From: Felis catus
Taxonomy: Eukaryota
Assembly: GCF_018350175.1 (NCBI RefSeq)
Contig: NC_058369.1
Span: 11,100,001 to 11,164,000, forward strand
Direction of reading: 5' to 3'
DNA length: 64,000 bases
Shown: in pieces, positions 60,611-64,000 of the stretch
How positions within the stretch are numbered: position 1 is the stretch's first letter
Layout: every line of letters begins with the position of its first letter
Program-made: the position numbers and the translations under genes
Notes under the pieces: generated by a model
Database searches by the model: none
What the model was told of the DNA's origin: nothing
Seen by the model: only the letters and a program-made list of their open reading frames with translations

Positions 60611-60920
60611 ATGATAAATGGCGGTTATCCCTTACTTCCTTCAATTCCACCACTCCTTGAGAAAATAAAGGGCATGAGCTGACCCCTCCGCTTGTCGGAC
60701 CCGAAGCTCACTGCCCTCCACGAGTTCTCTGCATGCGCCCAGAGAGAAATGGAGGCCTTGGACACCCTTTGGTTCCTGCTCCTTTATCTTAGTTTCCACC
60801 AAACAAGCTGGACAGAACACGTGTGTTCAGCGCACAGTCATTCGGGCAAGTGGGTCTTCCCTAGGACCCCCCCTCCCCAGCCCCGTTCCCTCCTCTATGG
60901 GCAGCAGGGCTGGGGTCCCC

Positions 60921-61116
60921 TCACATGGCACTCTCGTTGCCTCCCCGGCCCCTGGACGCCCCCTTCTCTTGTGCCATGAGCGACTTGTAGGGCTTCCCCA
61001 GGCTGGGGAGGGTGAGCTCGGCTTCTTGCAGCTCCAGCTCCCGCTGAGACAAATGCTCAATGACGGCTGCTCCAATAGAGTCCCCCAGAACATTGGTCAT
61101 TGTGCGAAGCCGGTCA
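60921..61116 (-). CDS. SLC1A6: SLC1A6 (EAAT4) last coding exon
   Basis: After acceptor ccAG it translates (L)[64 protein letters not shown], the EAAT4 C-terminus; not called in the ORF track. Confidence 0.95.
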
Positions 61117-61964
61117 CTGGGGAGGGGAGGGGAGGGGAGAGAGAAGCCACGGTTAGTCGAAGTTTCAAGAGTTCATGGAAGAGTGGGTGTAGCAGGGTCA
61201 GGGCGGGGGGGTCCCTTGTGCTGGGAGTTGGGGCTCACGTCCCCTCCACAACCACATAACCTCAGGCAGGTCCCTCCCCTTCAGTGTCCTCAGTTTCCCC
61301 TCCTACCAAACACAGGTTGGATCAATGCTGATGTGCTCACATTTGATCTCAGCAATGCAATTCTCTCTTTTTAAGGACATAAACATCTGATGGAGAAAAT
61401 GAGAGGCTGTGGGCTGAACGGCATACAGGAGGAGGACGGGAACCACCATGAGTAAATCAGCTCACCAAAGTGAACTACGTGTAACCAGGGAAAGATGCCA
61501 AAGCTTCCCCGGCAAGATTGGAGGCTGTCTACATGGGACTCGGGTCCGGCACACAGCTCCCAAATGGGGATGAAAGTCCAGAGTTTTTTGGGGTTTTTCT
61601 TAATGTAAACCTCCCGTGTTTCAAAGTTGAGAATTAAAAACAAACACACAAAAAACACTGGCAAGCCAGCTCTGTCCCACAGATCGCCTTCTTGTGACTT
61701 CTACATAAAGCGGGGGCTTTTCAGGCTGAGAGCTAAAGCCCCCATTGCTCCTCTCCTCCCTGTCCTACTTCCCCAAGGTTAACTCTGGAATTTGGGAACC
61801 GCGGGCCACAGCCCAGAGTGTGCTCCACGGCTTCGCTTCTGCTCTCAAGTTCTAGAACTCTGTGTCCTTGCTGGACTGAGGGCCCACGGGTTGGGGGTCT
61901 CACGGGGAACGCGGGTGGGGAGTGAGGGTTGAGGAGCGAGAACACCAGGGTCTGAAGGGACTCA

Positions 61965-62213
<249 letters not shown>

Positions 62214-62872
62214 TTAAGTTCCTGAAAACGAAAAGCAGCCTTCAATAAATGTATTCTTTCAACTCATACTTACGGCGCGTATGCTACAAGCTAGAGGCCT
62301 AGTAGAAATTCCCATGGAAGAAAACCCCTGCCCAAACAGAGCTCACGTTCTAGGGGGGGAGGCAGGCAACAAGCGAGAGGAGTACTTAACATATAAACTA
62401 AGGCAGATGGCGCTATGGAGGAACGGGTCAGTCTACGAGGGTCCAGACCATGCGATTTTAAACCGAACATTCAGGGAACACTTCCCCGAAAGTGTGACCC
62501 CGAAGCAAAGACCGAAAGGAGGTGATAATGTTTGCTGTTGTATTTATAATGACCGCGTTGGAACCTCTGGGTGACGAGGCCCAGGAATCCAACGTAAGAG
62601 CCTCGTGTCATTAGGTTGCACCAGGCCATACTTTGGAAAATCCTGGGCAAAGGGATGTCCCACAACAGCATGGGAAAGGAAATGGGGACTAAAACATCAC
62701 GCCAGCTCCTGACAAGCTCAGTTGGCCTGGGTGACTGGGCTCATCCCACATCCCCCCGCTCCAACATTCAAAGCCTCCCCTGACCTCAAGCTGAGCCCCC
62801 CCCCCACCCCTAGCCAAGCTAACGACCTCTGAGGTCTCACCTGCTGGCACAGCCCACCCAAGACCACCTCAC

Positions 62873-63067
62873 CTGATAGTTGTGATCTGGCCCAGGTTGA
62901 GCTCATAGTTGTTGACTTGGGCGATGAAGATGGCGGCCAGAGCCTCGTACAGGGCGGTCCCGTCCATGTTGACGGTGGCCCCCACAGGCAGCACAAACCT
63001 GGTGATGCGTCGGTCCACACCTAGGCCCTCCTCCAGGCAGCGGAAGGTGATGGGCAGCGTTGCAGAG
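62873..63067 (-). CDS. SLC1A6: SLC1A6 coding exon (195 bp, HP1b/TM7 with NMDG)
   Basis: ccctAG|...|[70 protein letters not shown]; upstream exons lie beyond the window. Confidence 0.96.
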
Positions 63068-64000
63068 CTAGGGGAGAGAGCCCAGGAGACTGAGAACGGG
63101 GGGTGGCAGGGTGGGGGCTGGGGCCGCAACGAGTCGAAAGAGAGAGTCTGCTGAGAACACTAAGAGCCCAGATGGGAGCCAGAGCGAGGAGAGGCTGGCA
63201 GGCGTATAACATTTCAGAGACTGATAACTGCACAGGGAAGAGGGATTCCTCATGTTGCCAGAAGCACACAGCAATGGCAGTCCCCTAGGGTGAAGGTCTC
63301 TGGACCCGCTTAAAGCCAATAGCTTAAGGCTGATTACTAGGCACGTGTTTGTGTCACTAGTGCACTTTCCACTCCCAGGAAGGAGGGGATTAACAGTCTG
63401 CTGGCCTCCCACCCACACCCTCAAGGTTGAGAGAGAAGTATTACAGGGACCCCTAGTCCCCCACTCCTGTAGTTCACGGGGCACCCCAGCTACACTAACC
63501 CTCCTTGCCTCTCTCCCACCGCCCCTCAGGGGAGGAAGGGGGGGCCTAACTGATGGGGGAGTTTAGCTGAAGGAGCGGCCGTCTCATTTGGGAGTCTGTC
63601 TGTCCACAAAACACGAGCTCTGCCTGGTCAACCTGATGCCATGCAGTGAGAAGCCTGGACCCACAGAGAAGGCCTTTGGGGATCCAGCCCTGTGACGACC
63701 AGGTTGAGTTTAATCCTGGGCTGTGATGGCACCCATCCTGTTGGCCACGGACCAAATCTCCAGGCAGCATTGCGAGCAATAAAAATGGCACCATTCTTCC
63801 AGCTGGTTGGCCCTTGTGACACTTCTCAAACTATTTTGAATTTAGATGATGGGGAAAAGGGAAGTTCTTTACTAACCCCCTAAAACCACAAGAAAAGGAC
63901 AAGGAGGCCAAGAGAGCTCCCAGCCACCACCCCGAGGGGAAATGAAACTCTCTGAGCCAGAAAAATGACCGAGAACATGGAGCCCGTGGGAAGCTTGGTC

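Overview
Mammalian genomic DNA, very probably felid: it is packed with cat-type tRNA-derived CanSINEs and carnivore L1. It holds the end of an olfactory receptor family-7 cluster with four single-exon OR coding regions: two OR7A-like genes in convergent orientation, one OR7C-like gene and a probable OR7C2 orthologue. These are followed by the last three coding exons of SLC1A6 (EAAT4) on the minus strand, the same gene order as human 19p13.12. Most of the remainder is L1, SINE, MaLR/ERV LTR and DNA-transposon relics. I do not see a convincing new protein-coding system, and nearly all short ORFs in the track come from repeats or from antisense OR frames. The most interesting signals are non-coding or structural: paralogous OR promoter and 5'-exon modules, one with splice-donor turnover; an orphan Lhx2/Ebf motif cluster between the convergent OR7A genes (enhancer candidate); apparent gene conversion between OR7A and OR7C; parallel 1-G frameshifts in three OR C-terminal tails; a twin-primed L1; two GATATC-seeded templated junctions; and an unexplained GC-rich island with retrovirus-leader-like motifs. 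All alignments were done by eye, comparisons to human proteins and repeat consensuses are from memory, and repeat subfamily names and edges are approximate.
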